Origin: Azolla caroliniana
Lineage: Eukaryota; Plantae; Polypodiophyta
DNA: 64,000 nucleotides
Assembly: GCA_043228905.1 (NCBI GenBank)
Contig: JBHGNT010000007.1
Span: 20,646,001 to 20,710,000, forward strand
Direction: 5' to 3'
Shown here: positions 11,675 to 23,160 of the stretch, in pieces
How positions within the stretch are numbered: the stretch's first letter is position 1
Layout: each line of letters begins with the position of its first letter
The notes under the pieces: generated by a model
The model's input: the letters and a program-made list of their open reading frames with translations, nothing else
Database searches by the model: none
Told to the model about the DNA's origin: nothing
Position numbers and translations under genes: made by a program

Positions 11675-12920
11675 TAGACTCTATAAAGAATATGACACTG
11701 ACGATTTGTTAAGATCTCACATTATTAATACAAATTTTGGGTTTTACCTAGTTGATTCTATTCTTTATAATCATCTATATGTTTCAATTTTATTTTTATA
11801 TACTTGATTAGTAGATTTATGATATTGGTTTCACCGCGTGCATAGCTGACTACCAAACTTATGGAGAAACATGAACTAGATTAAATGGAGGCTGATTTTG
11901 GTCCAAGCTAACCTTAACAGAACATGGCCCTATAATTATTGCCATGACTGTCCATGTTGTTATTATGGATCTTTGTCTTATATTGTTAAAACTATTATGT
12001 TTCTATTCCATTGCTGCTTAGATTGTGTAGTGTGTTGATAATGGTTCCAGTTGCGTTATCGTTCGGAGTTTGATCTTGTGTGAATCACCTAAGCAATAGA
12101 GTAGATCAATTTTAAATACAGGTATGAAAGCCTAATAGGTTTCTTATTTCCACGACATTATCCTAAAGTTCACTGCCTTACATTGTGCACAATTATATAC
12201 ACATATGGTTTGATCCCATATGAACAAACTGAGGAATAGATTAGATCAACTTTTAATATAAGTATTGAATACTTTAATAAGTTAGTTATTCCAATCACTT
12301 ATCCTAATGTGCACTATCCTACATTTTCCACAATTACATACATGCACGTATGGGTCAAAGTATAAATTATATCTCATTTTATTAGTATGGATACAAGTAC
12401 ACCTCATATTTTTGTAAAACCTACCTAATTAATATAAGTCTTTAAGTTAGTGTTTCCCTTGTAGCACAATAGTGCCATATTGAGCCATAGTTGAACTTTA
12501 TTTAGATACATTAACTTATCAACATGTCTAAACTTGCATGATTTCTAATGATCTCCACTCGTAGATCTATCATGTATTTTTATATTTGCAAATTCTTATC
12601 AAGTTGAGGAACATGTGATACTAGTGCATCCAATTATTGTAGAGAGGGTGTATTTTCTTCGTTTTAAGAAGATTCTACAAGTGGAATGCGCAATCCTTCC
12701 ACTTGTGAACGCGAACATGTTTACTGTTGTACACTGTAACATAGTGATAGTTTGTAGCCTGTGAGCTGCCGTGGTTTTTTCCCTAGTTTGGGTTTTTCCA
12801 CGTAAACATGGTGTGGACTCTTCTCTTCACTGTGTCGTGCATTCATTCCCCATTTTCTCGGTGTATGATTCTAAGCTCGGTTGTGGCCGAGCGTTGCGCA
12901 TAGGGAGCGTGTAGTTCCTG

Positions 12921-15900
12921 TCCGAAAGTTCATAGTCGACCATATTCGTGATTGCGAGAAAGTGCTTCAAAAGTTAGAAGATGTACACCTAACACTTTCC
13001 GGGGAGAAATTGGCATTTGGGCAAGAAGAGATATTGGTAGTCGGACATCTATGTGGGCCCTACGGCCGAAGACCGTCACCAACCAAGATCGATGCAATTC
13101 AAGCTATGAGAGATGTATGCGAGTCACAATTCGAAGTCGGAAGGTTTCTTGGAGCGTGTGCATTCTATCACATATGGATTCCGCACTATGCACATATTGC
13201 GGACCCACTCTATCACTTGTTGCGGAAGGGGAAGAAGTTCGAATGGAAACTGGAGCATACCGAAGCCGTGAAGAAGCTCAAGAAATCACTACGGAGGGCA
13301 AAAGCACTAAAGAAGCCAAACTATGACCGATCGGTTATAGTAACAGTTGATACAAGTCCAACCGGAATCGGATGGGTCATCAATCAAGCCGACTCGGATG
13401 GTTCGCGATATCCGATCCGATTCGGAGCAAATGTTCTCAATGAAAGGCAACGCGGGTACACACAAATCAAAAGAGAATTATGGGGAGTCGTGTCGGCAAT
13501 CAAATAGGATCGAGATTATTTGATCGGAGCCGAAGTAGTGATCGAAACGGATTGTCTTCCGATAGTCGGGATGATGCGGTGTTGCACGATACCAGATGTG
13601 GCTATGCTAAGATGGATTGCATATGTTAAGTCGCTTAACCTGGACATACGCCACATCTCCGGACAAGACAACGCGGTAGCGGATATGCTATCAAGGGCTC
13701 GGTTCGGAGACAATATCACCAAATTCGATAATGAAGAAGTTTCTGAAGACTACTTTGCTTCGGAGCACATATGCCGAGTAAACGTAATCCAAGAATTCCG
13801 AGAAGAATAATACAAGGGAGAAAGCTTGATGATCGGGAAGGTGCTACAAGAGATTGAGGAATCATCGGACGATAAAGAGAAGAGAGCTGAGATCCGAAGG
13901 AAGAAACGGCAAGTCCAAAAGTTCTTCTTGAAAAATTGGATTAATATGGAGGGAGTCGAAAAGACCGGATGGCATACCACTTCATGTCGGGACGAAAGAG
14001 CAACGAAACCGGATAATGTCCAAGTTTCATAAATCCGATTGGGCTGGACATCGAGGAATATGGGCAACTTTTGTGAAAATCAAATAAAAATATTGCTGGA
14101 AGAACATGTACAAAGATATAGTGGAGTTCACGGAAAGCTGCGAGAATTGTCAAATCTACTCCGGAGTTCGACACCAAGATGAGTTATATCCGACATTCTC
14201 ACCGACAATCAACTTCAAATGGATGGTCGATATTGTGGCCATGCCATTCGGGATCGGACAAAAGAAGTACTTGGTGTTAGCTCGGGAAGGTCTAACAAAC
14301 CAAGTAGAAGGTCGGGCGCTACGAAGGAAAACGTGTTCTGTCGTATGCCAATTTCTTTTGGAGGAGGTGTTTTGCAGGTACGGGTGCGTAGGACAAGTGA
14401 TTGCGGATCGGGGAGAAATCAACTCTGATAAAGCTAACGAATTCTTCACCAAACATGGAGTTCAGTTAACACTAATGTGAAAGATTGCTTGCGGAAGCGT
14501 TAGAAAGAACAATACACAAGGAGAGAGAGAGAGTACGTGGGAGAGACAGAGAGAGAGAGAGAGCAAGACACACTAATTTTCAAAATTATATGAATACTCT
14601 GTGCTCTATATCTACAACGCGCTCGTAAGCGTTATTTATACAAGTCCACACGGGACTATTAGAAGTACGGTGTACTTCAATGCTCACATGAGCATCTGAC
14701 ACTAACTACGAGACTATAACTGCCTAGTAGTCTAACCTATACTAGGCTTCCGATTACGGATTGGATCCGGCATACCAGCTCCTCTCGCTTACTGGTCCTT
14801 ATTGCTTACCGGCTCGGTTGCTCACCGGCATACCGATTCCTCTCACTTACCGGCTCAGGCTTATTCAGCCGATCCAGCTCCGGTTGAGCTTGCCGCTCAA
14901 CACTCCCCCTCAAGCTCAACCTGAGGTAGGGTCGTAGTGTCAACCTCTGTGGCAGCCGATTCTTCCAACCGACTTCTCCTGGCATCGCTTCACCTTGCTC
15001 GCGCTCCTTGTCCAGTCCAATCCTGTTTGCCGCGACCCCTTTTGTTCTGCGCGCCTCGACCTTCGGCATCGGCTGCTCAATAGGCCCATCTCAACTCCTT
15101 CACTGCTATGACTCCGACGCTTGCCGATTCGTCGGTTCCACTGCGATGGCATCGACTTCTGCTGCATCTGTGTCTCCTTGGCCTCTCGTTGGTCCGACTC
15201 ATCCGGATCCGTCTCTTGATCCGAATCGGTTGTCTCCGACTCGTTCCAACTCTTGTCCGAATCGGTATCCTCCGATTCGATTTTCGGCTTCAGGCGTATC
15301 ACCACATCGGACCACGTCCGGGTCTTGGCCTTCTCCATGTTTCCCTTGGCTTCTTCAGCCGGTTCACCGAAATCGAATTCTTCATTCGACTCCGCATCAT
15401 GGTTACTTCCGTCGTGGTGACCTCCGCATAGCATGCCCTTCTCTTCCTAAGTGCACACTTCTTCTTCCTTCCGGTTGGCTCGGTCCTTCTTGACTCTACC
15501 ACCAGAACCGCTTGCTCCGACTTGTTCGGATGTGTCGACTTCCTTCGTCGACTCGGCTTCTTTCTTCTTCTTGTCTCCCCTTCTTCTAGTTCTTCTCTTA
15601 CCGACGGGTTCAACAGTTTCTTTGCCTTTGCTTCTCCCCCTCAACTGCGGCACGTCGAGATGCTGAACACCAAGCATGTCGGTAAAGTGTTGCAACTTGT
15701 CAGATCCGAGCGGCTTGGTGAAGATGTCGGCAACTTGCCGATCCGTGTGAACATACAATAGTTGAACTTCACCGCGCAGGACCCGCTCACGCACGAAGTG
15801 ATAATGCACTTCTATGTGCTTTGTGCGAGCATGGAACACAGGGTTCTTGGCGAGCTGCATGTTGCTGAGGTTATCGCAGTAGATCAGGATTGGGGTCAGT

Positions 15901-18900
15901 ACCTCGATCCGCAGGTCTTGCAGTAGTCGCTGAAGCCAAATGGCTTCGCAGGTGGCAATGGTCGCGCCCCGGTATTCAGCCTCAGTGCTGGATAGAGCCA
16001 TTGTTGGTTGCTTTTTGCTGCTCCACGCAACAGCCGCGCTCCCAAGAGAAAACATAAAGCCGGAAGTTGAGCGACAATCCGTTGCATCGCCAGCCCAGTC
16101 GGCATCCGTGTAGCCGACAAGCTCTTCGGTTATACCTTGCCGGTATAAGAGCCCCCAGTCCTTAGTGCCGCTTACATACCTCAGTATTCGTTGCGCGCAC
16201 TGAAGGTGCTCCATGGTCGGCTTCTGCATGAATTGGCTTACCACTCCGACCGGATAGCTAATGTCGGGCCGGGTGATGGTCAAGTAGATCAGGCTTCCGA
16301 CTATTTGTCGGAACCGTTTCTCATCGTAGGTTGGTCCGAAGTTGGGACAAATCTTCTGATTCTAGTCCAGGCTTGTTGAGACAGGTCGGCATTCCGTCAT
16401 GCCGAACTTGTACAGCATATTCAACACATAATGGCATTGACAAAGCAATATGCCGTTGGGGGTGCAGATCACCTCGATCCCCAAAAAATAATGAAGGTCC
16501 CCCAAGTCCTTCATATCGAATGCGTCCGACAACTAGGACTTGACGCGGTTGATTTCCGGAAGACCTGGACCAGTGATGAGTAAATCATCAACATAGAGTA
16601 AGATACATACCGGCCCGTTTGAGCCTTGACGGATGAACAGGGAAGAGTCTGACTTAGAGGCAACAAACCCCATCTTTCGCAACCGGTGCGGGATCTTAGC
16701 ATTCCAAACACGGGGGGCTTGCTTCAAGCCGTACAACGACTTCCTGAGTCGGCATACCGCCGACTTGTTCACCTCCGACGGAAATCCGGGTGGCTGAGTC
16801 ATAAAGACCTCTTCTTCAAGATCTCCTTGAAGAAAGGCATTCTTCACATCCATCTGATGAAGATGCCACCCCTTTGCCGCAGCAACTGCCAGTACCACAC
16901 GAACCGTCGTCATCTTCGCTATAGGAGCAAAGGTCTCGTCGTAGTCGATTCCGTGGGTCTGCGCATATCCCCTAGCCACTAACCGGGCCTTGTACCGGTT
17001 AACTGTACCGTCGGCATTGTACTTTACCTTGTACACCCACTTGCATCCAATCGGTTTACAATGATAGGGAGGGTCAACCAGGTCCCAAGTTCCGTTGGCA
17101 TCCAGTGCCCGCATTTCTTCCTCCATAGCGGCACGCCAATTGGCATCCTTTGCCGCTTCTGTGTAGCTCTCCGGCTCACGCACTTCCACGACCTTGGTCA
17201 TGTACGCATAATGATGCGCCATGTACTCGTTATACCCGTACCGTTTAACGGGATCCTTCTGGCGGGTGGACCGGCGTAACTCACCGTTACCCGGTATGAG
17301 ACCCTTCTTGGCCGGTTCGGTCTTCGTTCCCGAAGATCTGCCTATGTCCTTGCCGAAGTCAGATACGCACCGATCCGACTCATCATTGCCGGTCTCGAAT
17401 TCTGGCATCTTTTGCTTCCCTTTCTCTTTGCGTGTGAACAGTCTCCTCGGTTCCTTGCACGGGGAGAGCACGACAGAGTCTCCAGTACTCGCTGTCTCAT
17501 CATCCAACTGGTTGGACTGATCCAGTCTCTCATTCGGTCTGCTTAATCGGAATGATTCCGGACTCTCATCTTGAGTCCCGGCTTCATCTTCCTCAACATG
17601 GGCCGGTTCAAGCTCACTAGCCCCATCTTCCGACATCGGGTCGGGATCGGAAGTCGGAGTTGGTAAGGAATACCACGATGCCGATTCATCAAACTCGACA
17701 TCTCGGTTGACTCGGACCTGCTTCGTCCGGGGGTTATAACACTTATACCCCTTTTGCTCTTGACCATAGCCGACTAGGATGCATTTTTCCGATTTTGCAT
17801 CCAGCTTTCTCCGCTTCTCATCCAGCACATGTACATAGGCTATGCTGCCGAATATCTGGAGGTGTCTCAAATTCGGCTTGCGCCCGAAATACCGCTCGTG
17901 AGCTGACACCTTGTCCCTGATCCAGTTCTGGATGTAAACGGCCGTTTGGACCGCCTCCGCCTAGTAGAACTTGGGCATGCTCTTTTCCTCCAGCATTGCC
18001 CTAGCTGCGTCAATCATCGACCGATTCTTCCTTTCGGCCACACCGTTCTGTTGCAGTGTGTATTTGCAGCTGAATTCTCGCCGAATTCCTTTTTGTTGCA
18101 GATAGCTATTGAATTGGCCGGAAAAGTACTCTTTTCCGCCATCCAACCGTAGGCATTTGATCTTCCTCTCCGATTCCTGTTCCACCATCTTTTGGAGGCT
18201 CTGAAAACACTTGAAGACTTCGCTCTTCCGTTCAATGAGGTAGATCCACGTATGTCGCGTGTAGTCATCTATGAAGGAGACGAAATATCGACTCCCGCCA
18301 ATGCTAACATTTTGTGCCGGTCCCCACACATCCAAATGGATAAGATCGAGTTTGTTACGGCTTCGATTTCTTTCAGTGGGGAATGGAAGTCGGTGTTGCT
18401 TCCTGAGTTGGCAGGCTTCACAAATCTGGGCTCTCCGGCCACTAAACTTTGGCAAACCGAAAACAACTTGTTCCGTTTGCAGGTCTTGAAGCCTCCAGTA
18501 GTTGACGTGGCCGATCCGCTGGTGCCACAAGTCGATATCCGACTCGACCTTCTGTCCTTTGGCGAACAGTGCGGTGTCGACATCATTGGTGTTGAGGATA
18601 AACATCCTCCCATCTCTGCGCCCTTGCACAATAACTTCGCCCTCATCCTCAATGAAGCACCCGAGGTGCGTAAACCGCACCTGCATCCCCTGGTCGACGA
18701 TCTGTCCGACCGACACCAGGTTCTTCGTGATCGTCAGAACATGTAATACATTCATCAGCTTCCCCTTCTGTCCAACGTGGCTCAAAGGGACTTCTCCGAC
18801 GTGCATGATCGGGTGGGGAGTGTTGTCTCCGGTTTCGACAACTCCCGGTTGATCCGGCTTCTCCAAAAAGGAGAACCACTCCTCGTGGCTCATCATGTGG

Positions 18901-21275
18901 TTCGATGCGCCGGAGTCAACGTACCACACTTCCTCCGATTTGGAAGTGGTCTTCTTCATTGAGTTTGGTTGTGCTTCATCACCAAGGCTGGCCCCTTACC
19001 GTTCTTGGATCCTCCCGATCCGTTTGCGTAGTGCGAGCTTTGTCGGCCTTCCTTACCGGTCTTGCCGGATCCGGATTTTTCCAAATCGGCACGCTTTCTC
19101 CAGCACTCGCTTTCCCTGTGGCCCTTTTTGCCACAGTGCCAACATTCCGTAGCGGATTTGTCTTGCCGACCTCTGGCACCGCCTTGACTCCCTCTGCTTG
19201 TGGCAGTCCCGGAACTGCTGTCGGCACGCTCACTGTGCCTTCGTTCCTGCTCTTGCCGGCAGCCTCCATTGCGTGCCGACCTGCCTCGTCCACCACGCCT
19301 GCGGGACCAATCTGCTCCCGTGTACAGCATCCGGGTGTCTGGGGATGCACTGGTAGATGCACCGGTGTGGTTCTCCTCTACAAGGAGCATCGACTGTAAG
19401 TCGAAAAATGAGGGCTTATTCTCCCTTGTACAAACCGCAGTCCGGAAAGCTCCGAACTTGGACGCTAGGCCTCCAAGACAACCTTGCACCATCTCTTCTT
19501 CCTCTACGGTGACGTTAATAGAGGCAAGCAAGTCACAGATCCCTTTGATCGGGTTTGTGTAATCTGCCACCGACATGTTCTTCTGTCGAACATTACTCAA
19601 CTCCTGTCTAGGTTGAAGCTTCCGGGCAGTAGTGCTTGCGGCGAAAACCTTTTTCAGGTTTTCCCAAGCATCCTTCGGTGTCTTGGCGTCACGGATATGG
19701 CTGAGCAGCTAGTCACCGACACTAGACGCGAAGCAGTACATCACCCTGCTTGCCGCCGGTTCCCACACTGGGAAGTCCTTGTGTGTGGTCTTCGGTGCTA
19801 AGTCGTTCACTCCGTTGACATAACTCCAGTAGCCATGCCCAAGTAAGTACTGGTGCATCTTGTATGACCAAGATGCATAGTTGGTTTTGTCGAGCTTCTC
19901 CACCGAGAGCGACATAGCCATACCTCTGTCCATTTGTCCTTTTGTTTTTGCTTTCCGATATGTTAGGGTTTCCTTCACAAGCATAGATGTCTGTAGTAGA
20001 GGTTCTCAACCCACGCGCTCTAATACCATGTGAAAGATTGCTTGCGGAAGCGTTAGAAAGAACAATACACAAGGAGAGAGAGAGAGAGTACGCGGGAGAG
20101 ACAGAGAGAGAGAGAGAGCAAGACACACTAATTTTCAAAATTATATGAATACTCTGTGCTCTATATCTACAACGCGCTCATCAACGCTATTTATACAAGT
20201 CCACACGAGACTGATAGAAGTACGGTGTACTTCAATGCTCACACGAGCATCTGACACTAACTACGAGACTATAATTGCCTAGTAGTCTAACCTATACTAG
20301 GCTTCCGGTTACGGATTGGATCCGGCATATCGGCTCCTCTCGTTTACCGGTCCTTACTGCTTACCGGCTCGGTTGCTCACCGGCATACCGATTCCTCTCG
20401 CTTACCGGCTCAGGCTTATTCAGCCGATCCGGCTCCGGTTGAGCTTGCCGCTCAACAACTAACAACGGCATACAATCCGGAAGCCAACGGGAAAGTCGAA
20501 TGAGGACATAGTCCGATCGTCAAAGCACTTGCCAAAGCATGCGACGAAAGGGTCAAGGATTGGTCACAGATGCTTCTGTATGCACTATGGGCGGATTGGA
20601 CGACGCATAGCTCCGTAACCGGTTACATGCTGGCAGAATTCATGACCGGACAAGCACCGGTAATGCCAATGGAAACCGCGATCGCGACATGGACAGTCTA
20701 CCATGGAAGGAAGAGATGAGCCGGGAAGAACTACTAGCGGTCTGGATACGACAACTAGAGGGAAGACCGGAAGACGTAGCGGAAGCAATACGCCGACAAC
20801 AAGAAGCGCGATTCCGGAATAAAAGCCGGTTTGACACAAAGCACCGACTACGACTGCGGAAGATTGAAGTAGGAGATTGGGTGATTGTCTATGACAGTAG
20901 TTTGGATCATCAACATACAATGATGCAGAAGTTCGCGAAAAGGTGGTTCGGGCCATACAAGGTTCGGAATGTTTTCGACAACGGAACTTACCGACTATGC
21001 GAGTTGGATGGAACGATGCTACGAGTGCCTATAGCCGAGAAACGGGTGAAGATTTTCAAGAAGCGGACTGATGAAGAACCCTATGTGATCCTAGAAAAGA
21101 CCGACAAGGAGAAACAATCGGACGAAGATCGCGGTGATGCGGAAAACGAAGAAAGTGGATTACAACTCATAGTCGACTTAAGGGGAGAATCAGAGGAAGC
21201 TTCGGATGAAGGTGAATAACAAGCATCAAGGACTTCGGCACATACTGGAGGATATGCGGGTTCGGAGGGGGTGAG
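12921..21275 (+). mobile_element. Ty3/gypsy pol remnant (RT end, RNase H, integrase), interrupted by copia B
   Basis: FLGACAFYHIWI, TVDTSPTGIG, KRELWG, HISGQDNAVADMLSR, CENCQ and IADRGE. It resumes after 20462 with TTAYNPEANGK and WFGPY. PPT GGAGGGGGTGAG at 21264-21275. Confidence 0.9.
14476..20457 (-). mobile_element. Full-length Ty1/copia retrotransposon B with both LTRs (14476-14902, 20029-20457), degenerate gag-pol
   Basis: TG...CA LTRs of about 428 bp. 5-bp TSD ACTAA at 14471-14475 and 20458-20462. tRNA-iMet PBS at 20017-20028 and PPT next to 14903. Gag zinc knuckle CWHCGKKGHRESEC, WYVDSGAS, YVDDL and ADIFTKPL. Confidence 0.97.
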
Positions 21276-21942
21276 TGTCGTACCGTGAATTACACACTAT
21301 GTGGAATATGTAAAACACTATATCCGATTTAGAGTATGTATAATAAATAAATAAATAAAATAAAATATTAAAAATATTTATTACGTGCATAGGGCAGGAT
21401 TTGAACCCTGTACCGACACGTAGACAAAACCTAGCCTTACCACTATACTAGCATACTATGAATCTTAAAAGTTATACTAAACTTTATCCCATGTAAATAT
21501 TCTAGATATGCATGGTACAAAAAGTTATTCATGCATACACATTCGAGTTAAAAGAAAAGATGGAATAGAAAGCTAATCATGCACATGCAATGTGAATGAA
21601 AACTAAAGTTAGGAAAAGCAAGATGATTGCATGTGATAAACTTAGACTCTTCCAACACTATATAAGGAAGAGAGAAAGATGTATAGAGGTTGTTAATTAT
21701 TTTACAAGGGTTGATTAATATAATATATTCGTGGGACTCACGAGTTTGCTCGCTTTTTTTCTCTCTTAATCTGAGTACTCACTAATACACTAAACTCATG
21801 GGATTCACGAGTTTTTCATATCTTTCTTTCTTACAATATATTTCATATTCTTAATTGCCTTAGAATTTTCTTTTCTCCTAGTCCAAAACCTCAGTGGTTC
21901 CCGCCCAACTCACGTAACGATCCGGAGCCGAAAGGCACGACA
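21276..21942 (+). repeat. 3' LTR of the gypsy element
   Basis: TGTCGT...ACGACA termini after the PPT. Homologous to the LTRs at 54157-54900 and 56754-57497. Confidence 0.9.
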
Positions 21943-23160
21943 ACTTCCAAACGAATTATTATTTCAGTTCGGACATCTCCTTGAATCAAAAGGTAGTTGT
22001 GGTTAAACCGATGAGTTATCGTAGTTCTGTTGATTGTTGTATCACTAAGATATACACCCTGGCCACGAAAGAAATATCACGTCCAAATATCCATTCATGT
22101 ACATGAAATCTAAACTTCATTTCGAAAGGCACCTCACCTCTTAGAATTAGGGCTCAGCAAGGGTTGAACTAATGACATATCAAATTGTAGTACTGAAGTT
22201 TACACCCGCGCACAAAACAAACATTTCGTGCCAAACCTCCACTGATTCATATAGAAGAAATCCAGACTAATTATTATGTCGTTTCAGACATTTCCTTGAA
22301 TCAGGAGGCAGACGGGGTTGAACCGATGACCTATCTTACTACAGCCGATAGATCTACCACTTAGATATACACTCGGTCACAAAGAAAATATCACGTCGAA
22401 ATCTCCATTGATTTATGTACACGACATCTACTCGAATGATTATATTGTTTGACACACCTCCATCTATTCATTTACGTGATATCTTCACTCTATTAGGTAT
22501 ATGGCACACACCATATCCTTTAATCAAGGCACAATCGGGGTTGAACCAGTGACCTTTCGAATTGCAACCGATTGCTCTACCATTGAGCTATACAGCCAGG
22601 CACAAAAGAAACATTATATCGCAATCCACCATTCATTCATCTACTAGATATCCAGTCGAATTATTATGAGATTTCAGACACTTCCATCAATTCATTAACA
22701 TGAAATGTAGACTTCATTTCGAAAGGCACCTCAACTCTTAGACGTAGGGCTGAACGGGGGTTGAACTAGTGACCTATCAAACTTTAGCCGATTGTTGTAG
22801 CACTGAACTTTACACCCGCACACAAAAGAAATATTACGTGGCAAACCTCCATTGACTCATATAGAAGCCGTTCAAACAAATTTTTATTTCAGTTCGGACA
22901 TCTCATAGAATCTGAAGGTAGCCACAGTTGAACCGGTGACTTATCGTACTTCAGCCGATGGCTCTACCACTAAGATATACGTCCCGGCCACGAAAGAAAT
23001 ATCACATCGAAATAACTATTCATGTACATGAAATCTAAACTTCATTTCGAAAAGCACCACACCTCTGAAAATTAGGGCTCAACAAGGGTTGAACTAATGA
23101 CCTATGAGACTCTAGCCAGTTGCTGTAGCACTGAAGTTTACACCCGCGCACAAAAGAAAC
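21943..23160 (-). repeat. Tandem array of about 7 degenerate tRNA-Cys(GCA)-like units with repeated spacers
   Basis: The best unit, 22527-22597, reads on the minus strand GGCTGTATAGCTCAATGGTAGAGCAATCGGTTGCAATTCGAAAGGTCACTGGTTCAACCCCGATTGTGCCT (A box, GCA loop, B box). Related units start near 21990, 22150, 22305, 22746, 22915 and 23074. Confidence 0.8.

Larger units (their letters stand above)
3599..12721. mobile_element. 9123-bp TIR DNA transposon (Sola-like) carrying a transposase and a ParB-DNA methyltransferase gene
   Basis: Left TIR AACACGTTCGCGTTCACAAGTGGAAGGATCGTGCAT (3599-3634) matches the reverse complement of 12686-12721 at 33 of 36 positions. TACT is duplicated at 3595-3598 and 12722-12725. 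Confidence 0.93.
3077..12920 (+). repeat. 3' LTR of copia A, split by the DNA transposon (LTR parts 3077-3598 and 12722-~12920)
   Basis: TGTTAGGAAAC starts just after the PPT. It contains CCGGATGA repeats, a TATA-like TATAAATA and (GA)n at 3484-3519. The sequence rejoins across the TACT duplication. The right boundary is approximate because no clean terminal CA is visible. Confidence 0.75.

Noticed and set aside
14940-15434. env-like gene in copia B
   Set aside because: There is no transmembrane segment or signal peptide; the sequence is charged and low-complexity.
15008-19801. Numerous plus-strand ORFs over copia B (likewise over copia C, and antisense to the gag at 55259-56557)
   Set aside because: They are shadow ORFs on the antisense strand of GC-rich retroelement coding sequence.
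22527-22597. Functional tRNA-Cys gene
   Set aside because: The acceptor, anticodon and T stems contain mismatches, and the neighbouring units are more decayed.
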